Assembly: GCA_964572155.1 (NCBI GenBank)
Contig: CAZNDZ010000001.1
Span: 648,840 to 712,839 of the forward strand
DNA: 64,000 bases
Source of the DNA: an uncultured Planctomycetales bacterium
GTDB lineage: Bacteria > Omnitrophota > Gorgyraeia > Zapsychrales > Fredricksoniimonadaceae
Reading direction: 5' to 3'
In this document: positions 9,430 to 19,774 of the stretch, piece by piece
How the letters are laid out: every line of letters starts with the position of its first letter
Numbering within the stretch: position 1 is the stretch's first letter
Notes under the pieces: model-generated
Database searches by the model: none
What the model was told of the DNA's origin: nothing
What the model saw: the letters and a program-made list of their open reading frames with translations, nothing else
Position numbers and translations under genes: made by a program

Positions 9430-12400
9430 ATGATGAAATATATTGTTTTAGCGCTATTTGTATTAACATCATTTTCAGCTCAAGCGGCAACAACTTCAAA
9501 ATCTAACCCAAGTACATATCCTAAAGCGGTTGTGTCTAAGTCTTTGGTTAAGACACCTGAACCTATATCAAGTCCTACTACAAGCAATCCAACAAAAACG
9601 ACTAGTTCTGCTAAAACAGCTGCAACCTTGAGTTTGGCTGCAGCATCGGTCAGTTCTAGCGGGGGATCTTCAGCTAGCAGCATTACCACACAGGCAACAA
9701 GTGTGCATGTAGAGCAAACATCAGGTAGTGCTAATTTACCTATTCATATTGATACCCTCCCAGGAAGGGCGGGGATAGAGCCAAATATTAATCTTGTCTA
9801 TAACTCTGGCATGAGGCAGTTAGGGCTTGCAGGGGTGGGTTGGTCACTTGATTTGGGTTCAATTTCATTGTCCGTCAAAAAAGGTGTTCCTTTGTATGAT
9901 GGATCAGATACGTATGAACTATCTGGTATGAAATTGATTTATGATCCAACGGCAGGTTATTATCGGCCTGAGGTAGAAGGATCATTTTCTAAAATCGAAA
10001 AGATATCAAACGCTTGGGTCGTAACAGACAAAAAGGGGACCAAGTATTATTACGGAAGTGACGATACGTCTCGCATGGTTGACCCTGCCAATGCTTCACG
10101 TATTTTCCGTTGGTATTTATGCAAGGTGATTGATATTTTTGGCAATGCCATGAATGTGTATTATCACAAGGACGGGGCTCAGGTATATCCCGATCATATT
10201 TATTATACCGCTCTTGAAGGAGCTAATGCTGCTTACATAGGAAGTACTGCCCCAAGCATCGTCAATTTCGAGTATGTTGCAGCTCGTCAGAAGAGTACTT
10301 CTTATATCTCAGGATTTGAAGTTAATAATGCGTATATCTTAAGTGCGATAAAGACGTATACATATCCTTCGACCCTCAATAATAGCTATCGTTTTACATA
10401 TACGGCAAGCGCATCAACAGCTAAAGACTTACTTACATCCATTAAGATAGATGGGAGTGTTGAAAACGCGGGTTTGATCCCTGATATCAAATTTTCTTAT
10501 AGCGATACCACATCAACCAAGGGTTTTGTGCAAGATGTATTATTTAGTCCAGGCAGTGCGCCGTATTTGAGCTATGCCAGCGGCGGAAATTGGGTCGATG
10601 AAGGCGTTCGTTTTGGGGATCTCAATGGTGATGGCTATCCTGATTTTCTCATGGCGTATTATGATCTTTGTTCAGGGCTTACAACGTCTATGACGGGCTT
10701 AAATAATAAAGATCAGAGTTTTAGTGGTACTAACAAATGGTCTGTTGCTTCAACGGCTATTTTTAATTTAAGTTGCCGTGGGGGTAATCGAGATAATGGT
10801 CAGAGATTTATCGATGTCGACGGGGATGGCTTGCCTGATATTGTGCGTTCGTATTTTGAAGGTGTTGGTTGGCAGGGTGCTGCACTCAACGATGGTACCA
10901 CGGGTTTTAATGCAACCAGTAATTGGGTGATGCCAAATGGGGCATATTTTGCTTCTTGGTTGAATCGAGATTATACCCAGCCTGGGTCTGTGCAGTTGGC
11001 AGATGTGAATGGTGATGGTTATCTTGATGTGGTTGTTTCTGATGTCACGGCCAATAATCATAATGTGTATTTGAATCGCAAGGGTGCGGCAAATCCGACA
11101 ACAGGCTGGGAGACAACGCCAAGTACAAAGTGGATCACCCCTGCTGACGTTGATCTTGCCAATGGTTCCTCAACAGTTGTTGATATCAATGGCGATGGGT
11201 TGGCAGATATTGCTGTTGCAAAGACGGGCTATCGCAAGGTCTATATCAATACAGGTCGAGGTTGGAGTCAAACAAGTGCTGTTTTCGTTACTGACGGAAA
11301 TTGGGACCGCGTTACGTTAAACGATGGTACCGCCCAGATCCTCGACGTAAATGGGGATGGGTTGCCGGATATTGAGATCGTAACAGGCATTGCGGATACG
11401 TCTAATGTATTGATCAATACGGGTAATGGGTGGGTCATTGATAATTCATGGTTAATGACGGGTTTGCAGTTTTCACATATGGACACTCAATTTATTGATA
11501 TGAATGCCGATGGCATGATCGATTATTTGAATGCACCGCTAGGTTCTCAGCCACGCCTTTTTACAAATACTGCCAAGGTGCCAGATTTGTTAGTAAAAGT
11601 AGATAATGGCGTCGGGACAACCATGACAATTGCGTATGACAGTTCGGCGCATATGAGCAATCAATATTTGCCGTTTACGTTCCCCGTTGTCAAATCTCTT
11701 ACTTTAAACACCATCTCAGGTGATAGGACATCTTCTTACGTTACGCGTTACAACTACGAAGGTGGTTTATGGGATGTGACGGATCGTGAGTTTCGTGGCT
11801 TTAAGAAAGTTACAACCACTGATCCCGACGGGAACTATTCTATTGCGTATATGTTGCAGGATCATTTCCGCAAAGGCACCGCGTATTTAACGGAGAGCTA
11901 TGATAACACAGGAAAATTGCTTGGTAAGTCGGAAAATTTTGTAGCATTATCTCCTGTTGTTGGCACATCTGTACAGTTTCCATATTTAGTTCGATCTGAT
12001 AATTATCTTTATGGTGCCGACGGAAGTTTAAAACAACGCAGTGCGCAGGTGATGGATTATGATTTAACCAATGGCAATGTGACGAAAAAAGTGCAATACG
12101 GGGCCATTGATATAACAACACCATCTCTATCAATCATTGCTGATCCCAAGGTTGTCACAAGCATCGATAACAATGTGTTAACGACAACCATTGATTACGT
12201 TAATAATGCTGCACAGCCATTTATGAGCCTGCCTAAGTTGACGACGATTAGCGACAAACTGGGCACCACAATCAAAAAGACATGGTTCTATTATGATAAC
12301 AGTACGGACAATAATGCACTATTTACCAATGGGTTATTGACCAAAAAAGAAGATTGGAATGGGGATGCTAATCCAAGATTAACGACAACATATGCTTATG

Positions 12401-15400
12401 ATGTGATTGGTAATCTAACATCGACGACAGATCCTAGCAATCGTACAACGTCTATTATGTATGATACAACATATAAAACGTTCCCCGTGCAAACAACCAA
12501 TGCCTTGAGCCAAACGGTTAAGACCTATTATTATGGGATTAATGCGAGCGAATTAGCGACGGATCCTAAGTACAACGCGCAAATGTATGGTCCATTTGGC
12601 GCGGTCATGGCGGTGGTTGATGCCAATGGTCAAAAGATGTTTAAGCACTATGATTCGTTGGGCCGTTTGCTTAAAACCATATCGCCGCTGGATACATTCG
12701 ATCTGCCAACATCAGAAACGATTTATACGTACGGGACAAATTTTTTAAAAGTTATTAGTAAGTCGCGTGTCAATGCAGGTGCGGCGACCACCATCGATAG
12801 CTCAACGTTTGTTGATGGCCTAGGCCGAGTGATTCAGAGTAAAGGAACAACCGCGACAGCTGGACAGTATGTTGTTGGTGAGCAAAAGACCTATAATTCA
12901 AGAGGTTTGGTCTTATCGGTTTTTCCTTCAAGATTTACAAGCAATGATTTAAATACCATGGACCCTACACCTGCGGATACTAATCCAAAGGTGACAAATT
13001 TTTATGATGCCTTAGGCCGTCAAATCAAAGCCTTAAATAGCGACGGAACATATTCTAATGTTGAATATGATGGTTTAAAGACCACAAGCTATGATCCTAA
13101 CGGTCATAAGAATGTCAGTTACAGTGATTCTTTTGGACGCATGATCACACGCGAGGAATATTTTGGTGCGGATGGCCGTGATGCCAAAAATCCTGCAAGT
13201 GCGTACACATTATACGCGACCACGCGTTATCAATACGATGCTTTAGGTAATTTAACCAAGGTCACGGATGCTAAAGGTAATATTACGACGATCAGTTATG
13301 ATGCCTTAGGTCGTAAGACCAGCATGAATGATCCTGACATGCACGGTTGGGTTTATGCATACGATTCCAATGGTAATTTGTTAAGTCAGAAAGATGCGTT
13401 AAACAAACAGCTTAAATTTAATTATGATGCGCTCAATCGATTAAAGTCAAAGACGGTAACTTTGTCTATGGTGTCAGGTGGAGTGACAACGATCTATGAT
13501 TCACTATTGGCAAGTTATACATATGAGAACGTGTCTGTGGCAAACACCACGGGACGTCTATCTAAAGTAGCGTACAGCTCTGAGAACGCTACCTTTAACT
13601 ACGACACCTTAGGTCGTGAAACATCGTCGACAAAGAACATTGCGGGTGTTAACTACACCGTCAGCCGTCAATATGACGATTTAAACCGATTAACCAAATT
13701 AATCTATCCCGATGCGGCTAATGTCGGCTATGTCTATAACACTGCAGGCCAAGCTGTGGGCGTTAATATCTTAAATGTCGACGGCAGCATTAATAAGACC
13801 ATTGTCAGCAATGTCATCTACAACGCGCAAGGCCAAATGACCAGCGTCGTCTTTGGCAATGGGGTCACAACACAATACACCTATGATCCTGTTAATTTTA
13901 GATTAACACGCGTCTTAACCCAAAATGCAGCCGCTGTTAAACATCAAGATTTAAATTATACCTATGACAGCGTCGGTAATATCATCACCATCACGGATGC
14001 TGTTAATACGGGCACGCAAAGTTTTACCTATGATGCCTTAAACCGAATGTTGACATCAACCGGTGCAAGCTATGGCACAAAGACCTATGCCTATGACCAA
14101 ATCGGCAACATCACCCAGAAAGACGGCTTAACCTATACCTATGGCACCTATGGCGCCGGCCCTCATGCTGTTGGGTCGACGAGTGATGGGTATATTTATC
14201 GTTACAATGCTAACGGCAACATGATAAGCAAACAAACCCCAACGGGTGGATTGTATTCTTATGTTTATAATTATGAAAACAGATTAACGAGCATAGGTTT
14301 TGCACCCGTCGGCAAAGTCGCCAAGACCATTGCCGCATACTATTACGATGGCGACGGCGGTAGAACACGAAAGATTGTCTATCGCTATAGCGACACATCC
14401 TATAACAACGCTGAAACCTACGGCATCCTAGTCACACAACTAGGCGCCCCAACCTTTGGCGTCGGCGTCACCCAGACAAGCACAAGCACCATCTATGTAG
14501 GCAACCTTTATGAAATTGAAGGTGCTAGAAGAACCAATAACATTTATCTGGGGAGCACAAGGGTTGCTGCTGTTACAGGTACTGAGGTTGATTTCTATCA
14601 CAACGATCACTTAGGCTCAACGAATGTCATCACCGACGCCACAGGCCAAGCCCGATCGTTAACCGAATACGAACCCTTCGGCAAAATTAGCCGCTTCGAA
14701 AAATACGGCACCAAGATCAACAACACCTGGGCATTCTTTAACAGCAAACTCTTTGATGAAGAGAGCGGGTTGTACTATTATGGGGCTAGGTATTATGATC
14801 CCAAATTGGGACGGTTTATTACGCCGGATACGATTGTTCAAGCGCCAAGCAATCCTCAGACGCTGAACAGATACACGTATTGTAATAATAATCCGGTGAA
14901 TCTGATTGATCCGACGGGGCATAAGTGGAAGTGGGGGAATTTCTTTAAAGCGGTTGGTATTGCTATTGCTGGTGCAATATTAACTGTCGTAAGCGCAGGA
15001 ACACTAGCTCCAGTTGTTGGAGCATATTGGGCAGGAGTTGTGACGGGTGCAGTAGCAGGTGCGACGATAGGAGGAACCGTCGCAGCCGCTACGGGAGGGA
15101 ACATAGGGCAGGGGCTGCTGACAGGTGCGATAAGCGGAGCTGTGTTCGGTGGAATTGGAAGTCTTCATTTATCTGGGTTAACACAAACTCTTGCACATAC
15201 AGCAGGTGGTGCAGTTTCAGGCGTAATTAACGGCGCTGTGACAGGTGGAAATATTGGAACGAACGCATTGATTGGTGGAATAAGTGCGGGAACATCACAG
15301 TGGGCTTCAAGTAATATTCAAATTTTCAAACTTTCTGGAAATTATTTTAAAGATGTTATAACACAAGCGTCATTAGGAGGGATTGTTGGTGGTGGGATCT

Positions 15401-15834
15401 CAGCAGGAATGGGTGGGAGCTTCATACGAGGATTTGAGAATGGCGCTACAATGTCAGCTATTGGGTATACATCAAATTCGTTTGTGCATGATTATGCGCC
15501 TGCATTAATAAATGGAATATTAGCTGGAGCTACGTATATTCCAGGCCCTGTAGGAGCAGGGGCAAGAGTTGTAAGAACGGTTTTAACGGCGTTGAGTGTA
15601 GGATCTGAAGTGTTGATGTCAGCCTCTAAAACACCAAATAATTTGCCTGGAAATGCTGTTGAAAATCCAAATAGACCCGGAAGTTTTGGAGTATATGGTC
15701 CTGATGGGAAATTTACAGAAAGATGGAGATTTGATGAGGGAAAGAGCGGTATGCCAGGATGGAGAGGTAAAGACCATGTTCATGTGGATGGAGGAAAAGA
15801 TCATTTGCCGCCAGATACGCCGTATCCAGATTAA
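9430..15834 (+). CDS. Large RHS/YD-repeat polymorphic toxin (SpvB-like N-domain, FG-GAP/VCBS repeats, TcdB-like mid region, RHS core, variable C-terminus)
   Basis: Signal peptide; PGRAGIEP..L.YNS..GVGWSL; repeated D.NGDG.PD; REFRGF; YDALGR repeats; DHLGS, YYYGARYYDP, NPVNLIDPTG core end; Gly-rich linker and short His-containing tip. Confidence 0.92.
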   Translation: MMKYIVLALFVLTSFSAQAATTSKSNPSTYPKAVVSKSLVKTPEPISSPTTSNPTKTTSSAKTAATLSLAAASVSSSGGSSASSITTQATSVHVEQTSGSANLPIHIDTLPGRAGIEPNINLVYNSGMRQLGLAGVGWSLDLGSISLSVKKGVPLYDGSDTYELSGMKLIYDPTAGYYRPEVEGSFSKIEKISNAWVVTDKKGTKYYYGSDDTSRMVDPANASRIFRWYLCKVIDIFGNAMNVYYHKDGAQVYPDHIYYTALEGANAAYIGSTAPSIVNFEYVAARQKSTSYISGFEVNNAYILSAIKTYTYPSTLNNSYRFTYTASASTAKDLLTSIKIDGSVENAGLIPDIKFSYSDTTSTKGFVQDVLFSPGSAPYLSYASGGNWVDEGVRFGDLNGDGYPDFLMAYYDLCSGLTTSMTGLNNKDQSFSGTNKWSVASTAIFNLSCRGGNRDNGQRFIDVDGDGLPDIVRSYFEGVGWQGAALNDGTTGFNATSNWVMPNGAYFASWLNRDYTQPGSVQLADVNGDGYLDVVVSDVTANNHNVYLNRKGAANPTTGWETTPSTKWITPADVDLANGSSTVVDINGDGLADIAVAKTGYRKVYINTGRGWSQTSAVFVTDGNWDRVTLNDGTAQILDVNGDGLPDIEIVTGIADTSNVLINTGNGWVIDNSWLMTGLQFSHMDTQFIDMNADGMIDYLNAPLGSQPRLFTNTAKVPDLLVKVDNGVGTTMTIAYDSSAHMSNQYLPFTFPVVKSLTLNTISGDRTSSYVTRYNYEGGLWDVTDREFRGFKKVTTTDPDGNYSIAYMLQDHFRKGTAYLTESYDNTGKLLGKSENFVALSPVVGTSVQFPYLVRSDNYLYGADGSLKQRSAQVMDYDLTNGNVTKKVQYGAIDITTPSLSIIADPKVVTSIDNNVLTTTIDYVNNAAQPFMSLPKLTTISDKLGTTIKKTWFYYDNSTDNNALFTNGLLTKKEDWNGDANPRLTTTYAYDVIGNLTSTTDPSNRTTSIMYDTTYKTFPVQTTNALSQTVKTYYYGINASELATDPKYNAQMYGPFGAVMAVVDANGQKMFKHYDSLGRLLKTISPLDTFDLPTSETIYTYGTNFLKVISKSRVNAGAATTIDSSTFVDGLGRVIQSKGTTATAGQYVVGEQKTYNSRGLVLSVFPSRFTSNDLNTMDPTPADTNPKVTNFYDALGRQIKALNSDGTYSNVEYDGLKTTSYDPNGHKNVSYSDSFGRMITREEYFGADGRDAKNPASAYTLYATTRYQYDALGNLTKVTDAKGNITTISYDALGRKTSMNDPDMHGWVYAYDSNGNLLSQKDALNKQLKFNYDALNRLKSKTVTLSMVSGGVTTIYDSLLASYTYENVSVANTTGRLSKVAYSSENATFNYDTLGRETSSTKNIAGVNYTVSRQYDDLNRLTKLIYPDAANVGYVYNTAGQAVGVNILNVDGSINKTIVSNVIYNAQGQMTSVVFGNGVTTQYTYDPVNFRLTRVLTQNAAAVKHQDLNYTYDSVGNIITITDAVNTGTQSFTYDALNRMLTSTGASYGTKTYAYDQIGNITQKDGLTYTYGTYGAGPHAVGSTSDGYIYRYNANGNMISKQTPTGGLYSYVYNYENRLTSIGFAPVGKVAKTIAAYYYDGDGGRTRKIVYRYSDTSYNNAETYGILVTQLGAPTFGVGVTQTSTSTIYVGNLYEIEGARRTNNIYLGSTRVAAVTGTEVDFYHNDHLGSTNVITDATGQARSLTEYEPFGKISRFEKYGTKINNTWAFFNSKLFDEESGLYYYGARYYDPKLGRFITPDTIVQAPSNPQTLNRYTYCNNNPVNLIDPTGHKWKWGNFFKAVGIAIAGAILTVVSAGTLAPVVGAYWAGVVTGAVAGATIGGTVAAATGGNIGQGLLTGAISGAVFGGIGSLHLSGLTQTLAHTAGGAVSGVINGAVTGGNIGTNALIGGISAGTSQWASSNIQIFKLSGNYFKDVITQASLGGIVGGGISAGMGGSFIRGFENGATMSAIGYTSNSFVHDYAPALINGILAGATYIPGPVGAGARVVRTVLTALSVGSEVLMSASKTPNNLPGNAVENPNRPGSFGVYGPDGKFTERWRFDEGKSGMPGWRGKDHVHVDGGKDHLPPDTPYPD

Positions 15835-15864
15835 GAACAATTTACAGAAAGAGAGTTAGAACGT

Positions 15865-16278
15865 ATGTCAAATAGTTCTATTGAATTACATGATTCGGAC
15901 ATAGAAGAAATCAAAGTTAATAAGGATGAAATAAGGGTAATTTTTGGTTTGGTTATTCTACATGTTTCTGATGGAAGGCCAGGAATAGATGCTGGAGATG
16001 TTTATGTACAGAAAGCAGAGCTATTATTTGAAGGAGACTGTGACCTTAGGGGAAATATAAACGAATATCCGGTATTAATTTCTGATGGAACGTTGCAAAT
16101 TAATGAATTGATTTTAGAGAATGAAATACCAGTGCCATTAAATAGAAGTGGAAAGGTAAGACTTGCTATTTCTCCACGTGATATTGGAGATGAAATAACA
16201 ATTACTAGTGATAGAGTCTTGCTGACTTTATTAGACAAACCAAAATATCTTGAGGCTTTTCCGGGAAGATTAAAATAA
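15865..16278 (+). CDS. Putative cognate immunity protein
   Basis: 137-aa acidic ORF immediately after the RHS tip; ELHDS N-terminal motif; function inferred from position. Confidence 0.6.
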   Translation: MSNSSIELHDSDIEEIKVNKDEIRVIFGLVILHVSDGRPGIDAGDVYVQKAELLFEGDCDLRGNINEYPVLISDGTLQINELILENEIPVPLNRSGKVRLAISPRDIGDEITITSDRVLLTLLDKPKYLEAFPGRLK

Positions 16279-16326
16279 AACAGGAGACAGTGAATTATTG
16301 CCTTTCCCCGATGGCGATGGTTGGAT

Positions 16327-16354
16327 GAAAAATAGGGGTCAACTCCCTATTTTC
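16327..16354. repeat. REP-like hairpin
   Basis: AAAATAGGG-gtcaact-CCCTATTTT. Confidence 0.7.
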
Positions 16355-16464
16355 TAGTCATTGTTGGTATTTGTAGTTATTTTTTGCATCTTTGAGAATA
16401 AGAACCCCCCTCTTTATGAAAAGGTATGCGAGTCAAGGCCAATGCAAATAATGTAAAATAGGCA

Positions 16465-16480
16465 AAATAGCGCCCTATTT
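16465..16480. repeat. REP-like palindrome
   Basis: AAATAGCGCCCTATTT; AGCGCCCTATTT is the reverse complement of 16979-16990. Confidence 0.7.
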
Positions 16481-16495
16481 CGTTTGGAGATGAGT

Positions 16496-16975
16496 ATGAG
16501 AAAAAATCAGAAGATAGGGTCTTTTTTAATAATCTTAATGTCGTTGGTCTTTATTGAGGGTTGTTCAGTCAATACTCTTGGCGATCCAATCTCTTTATAT
16601 GAAATCCGTAGGCTCCCGTTGAAGAAATATGATTTTGATTTTTCTAAGACAAATGAAAAGGGAGAATTGTTTGTGATTTCTCAACCAGCTTCAATGCAAT
16701 TAATGATAAGAGACTATAATTTTACTTTTGGTGATCAAAAGATTCAAGTATTTAAGAATAGCGTTACACGACTTGTGTTAGACAAAGGAAATTATACTGT
16801 TCATGGAGGTGCAGGTACATTTGGGCTGCCTACATCAACAAAGGTATCGGTAGAACAAGATAGTAAATCTTGTTTGATATTTCATTGTGCGATAGATATG
16901 TTAGCTGCTGGTAATTTCTGGTTTGTTCCTTGTTCTGATGATTTAATTGAGAATTCTTATGCGAATAAGAAGTAA
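16496..16975 (+). CDS. Hypothetical lipoprotein
   Basis: Lipobox-like FIEGC after hydrophobic stretch; GGAG SD. Confidence 0.65.
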   Translation: MRKNQKIGSFLIILMSLVFIEGCSVNTLGDPISLYEIRRLPLKKYDFDFSKTNEKGELFVISQPASMQLMIRDYNFTFGDQKIQVFKNSVTRLVLDKGNYTVHGGAGTFGLPTSTKVSVEQDSKSCLIFHCAIDMLAAGNFWFVPCSDDLIENSYANKK

Positions 16976-16978
16976 ACT

Positions 16979-16992
16979 AAATAGGGCGCTGC
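16979..16992. repeat. Inverted-repeat arm
   Basis: AAATAGGGCGCTGC, reverse complement of 18032-18045. Confidence 0.7.
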
Positions 16993-17057
16993 TCAGCGCT
17001 AGATAATGAATGGCTCAATTGGGGCATAAAGACCAGAATAGAAAGGGATCAGAATAA

Positions 17058-18020
17058 ATGAGAGGCGTATACGTCACATATTCAAGAATTTTATTATTTG
17101 TATTTGTTATTCTGTGTGCTTTTGGAATAAACAAGACTTATGCTGGCATGGAAGAGCAGGAATTTAATGAACTTACGATGTTTTATTATCAAAAGCCTAA
17201 CCCTGCGAGAGTTCCTGATGCGGTGCGCTATTTTATAACAAATGGTCCTTTACATAGCTATACCTCAATGGCATATCTATTTGGCATAATGGCTAAATTA
17301 GATCCGTCTTTAATCCCAGAGTTTGAGAAAGTGTTTGTTGATACTTCCCATCAGGGAAGATCGTTCATGCTATTGATATTTCAAATCTGTGGTAATGATC
17401 AAGTCATCGAATTCTTAAAGTCTAAATCAAACGACGCGGTCTTTAGCAACGAGAAAAAAGACATTGATGAGGCTCTAAGCAGAGGGTTACCGCTTAAATA
17501 TAATCCTTTAACTAGAGCGGTAGAAAGCCCGCTCGATGAGGATTGTTTGTGGGCGGAATTCTTTGTGACGGGGAAAAAAGAACCCATCGTTCGGATCATT
17601 GACGTACTTAATGAAGAAGACTTTTTGAAGGGAAGGATTTTGGCTTGGCTTTCAGATAATCAACAGAATAAAAAGGCAGTGATTCAGTTAAAGAAATTAT
17701 TTGGGAACCAGAAAATTGATATAGATTTAACACCAGAAGCCCTTGCTGGTATGAGTGATTTAGATTGTCTTTATATGTCCAGTTTTAGGATGGATGGAAG
17801 AAGGTCAGATAATGGTTTGAAGATTAAAAAATTATTAGGCTTAACCGATAAGGATTTGCAATATATGGCTGTTAAGGCGGCGGCGATGTGGGCGCTTCAG
17901 TCTAATGCAATGCAGCATCCGTTGGTCTTAAAATATTGTAAAGAAGAACTCGCGCAAAGAAGTGATAAATCTAAGATAGAATTAATGATCATTGTTAGAT
18001 TAGCGAAATTGCGAGAATAG
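17058..18020 (+). CDS. Hypothetical exported helical protein
   Basis: 320-aa ORF with N-terminal signal-like segment. Confidence 0.7.
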   Translation: MRGVYVTYSRILLFVFVILCAFGINKTYAGMEEQEFNELTMFYYQKPNPARVPDAVRYFITNGPLHSYTSMAYLFGIMAKLDPSLIPEFEKVFVDTSHQGRSFMLLIFQICGNDQVIEFLKSKSNDAVFSNEKKDIDEALSRGLPLKYNPLTRAVESPLDEDCLWAEFFVTGKKEPIVRIIDVLNEEDFLKGRILAWLSDNQQNKKAVIQLKKLFGNQKIDIDLTPEALAGMSDLDCLYMSSFRMDGRRSDNGLKIKKLLGLTDKDLQYMAVKAAAMWALQSNAMQHPLVLKYCKEELAQRSDKSKIELMIIVRLAKLRE

Positions 18021-18047
18021 AAAAATAGCGGGCAGCGCCCTATTTTC
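18021..18047. repeat. REP-like hairpin / inverted-repeat arm
   Basis: AAAAATAGCGGGCAGCGCCCTATTTTC. Confidence 0.7.
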
Positions 18048-18101
18048 TAGGTGGAAATGGTCAAGTAATTTTTCTCATCAAGGACGAAAGGTTGAATATT
18101 T

Positions 18102-18491
18102 ATGATGCTTTCAAGAAATAATCTTAATACGACGAAAGAAAAGGTTTATTTTGTTGTTCTTTTTTTATTGGCATGCGTTGTATGGCTGGGGGTTCCTTAT
18201 TGGATATATGTTAGTCATAATTTAATTCCTCTTTGGATAATGTTAGGGATTGGTTCTTTATTGGCATTTATGACATGGCTTGGAAATGGATTGATCGTTG
18301 CATATTTGAGGGCTAACTGCGTCAAGGTTGATTCTACACAATTCTCACAACTTGGGACGGCATTAGAGGAGGTTTGTAATCGTCTAGGCACGCGAGTTCC
18401 AGAACTTTATATCTTGCAGTCCAATGGTTTTCTTAATGCTTTTGCCATGCGCCAAAGTGGCAGGGATTTTGTAGTCTTATATTCAAAATAA
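18102..18491 (+). pseudogene. Truncated M48 (HtpX-like) metallopeptidase
   Basis: TM segments, then PELYILQSNGFLNAFA..FVVLYS; ends before HEXXH, stop abuts the RAYT inverted repeat. Confidence 0.7.
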
Positions 18492-18492
18492 A

Positions 18493-19233
18493 GAGAAAGG
18501 GACAGTCCCCAAAAAGGGGACAGGGAGTAATGATTAAATAACATCCTTCCCCGAGGATTTCAAATATATATAGATCAACCCCCCGCAAGAAATAGTAGGG
18601 GATTATGGTAAGGAAGGCGCGAAGTGGGTTGTTGTATGATGGGTGTTATGCTCATATTATTTCAAGATCGATTAGGAAGTTAAAAGTATTTCGAGATGAA
18701 GAAGATTTTAGTTTTTTCTTAAATAGTTTAAATGAATTAAAAGGATTGCATTCATTTAAAGTTTTTCACTATTGTCTCCTTCATACGCATTTTCATTTAG
18801 TTGTGCAGATTAAGTCAGTAAATAGTTTTTCTAAGAGTATGAATAAGTTAAAGAGTCAGTATGTTTTTAAATTTCATACTAAGTATCGATTAAGCGGACC
18901 AATATGGCGAGAGCGATATAAGAGTTTGTTGATTGAAGATGACCGGTATTTATATGCGTGTGGAAAATATGTTGAGAATAACCCAGTTGAAGCTGGATTA
19001 GTGAGGAAAGCAGAAGATTGGAAGTATGGTTCAGCGAGTGGTAGAGATAAGCATATTGTAGAAGTGTTGAAAGATACAACGATGATTGCAGAAATAGATG
19101 TATCTGACAAGAAACAATACGAGCGCGGGAATGCAATCGGGTCTGATTATTACAAGTATCAAATGAGGCAGAAATTAAGCAAGGAAAGTTGATAATGATA
19201 GGGTGTCCCCAAAATGGGGACTGTCCCTTTCTC
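18493..19233 (+). mobile_element. RAYT element 1 bounded by 30-bp imperfect inverted repeats
   Basis: GAGAAAGGGACAGTCCCCAAAAAGGGGACA (18493-18522) and TGTCCCCAAAATGGGGACTGTCCCTTTCTC (19204-19233), each with an internal hairpin. Confidence 0.8.
18605..19192 (+). CDS. REP-associated tyrosine (HUH Y1) transposase
   Basis: AHIISRS, YCLLHTHFHL (HUH), IWRERYKS, YVENNPVEAG, W.YGS. Confidence 0.9.
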   Translation: MVRKARSGLLYDGCYAHIISRSIRKLKVFRDEEDFSFFLNSLNELKGLHSFKVFHYCLLHTHFHLVVQIKSVNSFSKSMNKLKSQYVFKFHTKYRLSGPIWRERYKSLLIEDDRYLYACGKYVENNPVEAGLVRKAEDWKYGSASGRDKHIVEVLKDTTMIAEIDVSDKKQYERGNAIGSDYYKYQMRQKLSKES

Positions 19234-19244
19234 CTACGGTGGCT

Positions 19245-19517
19245 ATGGAATATAATAAAGATCAGATTATATTTGCTGTAAGAAAGATTTTTAGAAATGA
19301 AGATCAGAATAAAGTTCTTGAAGAATTGAATTTGGAAGATTCAGGATCTATTAGGGTTTATTTAGCGGTTTTAAAATTAAGCAAAGGTAATCTAAAAGAT
19401 TTTTATTTATTCTTAAAAAAATCCCAAGAAGATTATAGGGATGTATTGTGGCAAGCGGAATATGAAGAAAATGGTGAAAAAGAATTGATTAATCCTTATA
19501 AACAGATTTTAACATAA
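19245..19517 (+). CDS. Small hypothetical protein
   Basis: RVYLAVLKLS.G...DYRDVL..AEY pattern; ATG just after the inverted repeat. Confidence 0.6.
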   Translation: MEYNKDQIIFAVRKIFRNEDQNKVLEELNLEDSGSIRVYLAVLKLSKGNLKDFYLFLKKSQEDYRDVLWQAEYEENGEKELINPYKQILT

Positions 19518-19519
19518 AG

Positions 19520-19774
19520 ATGCAATTCCATAACGATCATATCTTGAAAGTCAAAGTTCAACAGTCCGGAGATATATTTATAAATGGTAAACTTGTTTCA
19601 TGGATAGAATTTGAAAAGGCTCTATCTAATTTAAAAGAAATAAAAGGGGCTGTTTGGTTTTATCGGCAAAATGCAATTGGGATACAGAATGAAATAGCAG
19701 AACAGGTTTTTACAAAAGTATTGGGAATAAATAGTGTCGTTTCTCACAACAACAAGCATTGTAAGTATTTATAA
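19520..19774 (+). CDS. Small hypothetical protein, probably 3'-truncated (ExbD periplasmic-domain-like)
   Basis: V...GDIFING..VS..E...L pattern; reading frame runs into the repeat at 19726. Confidence 0.45.
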   Translation: MQFHNDHILKVKVQQSGDIFINGKLVSWIEFEKALSNLKEIKGAVWFYRQNAIGIQNEIAEQVFTKVLGINSVVSHNNKHCKYL

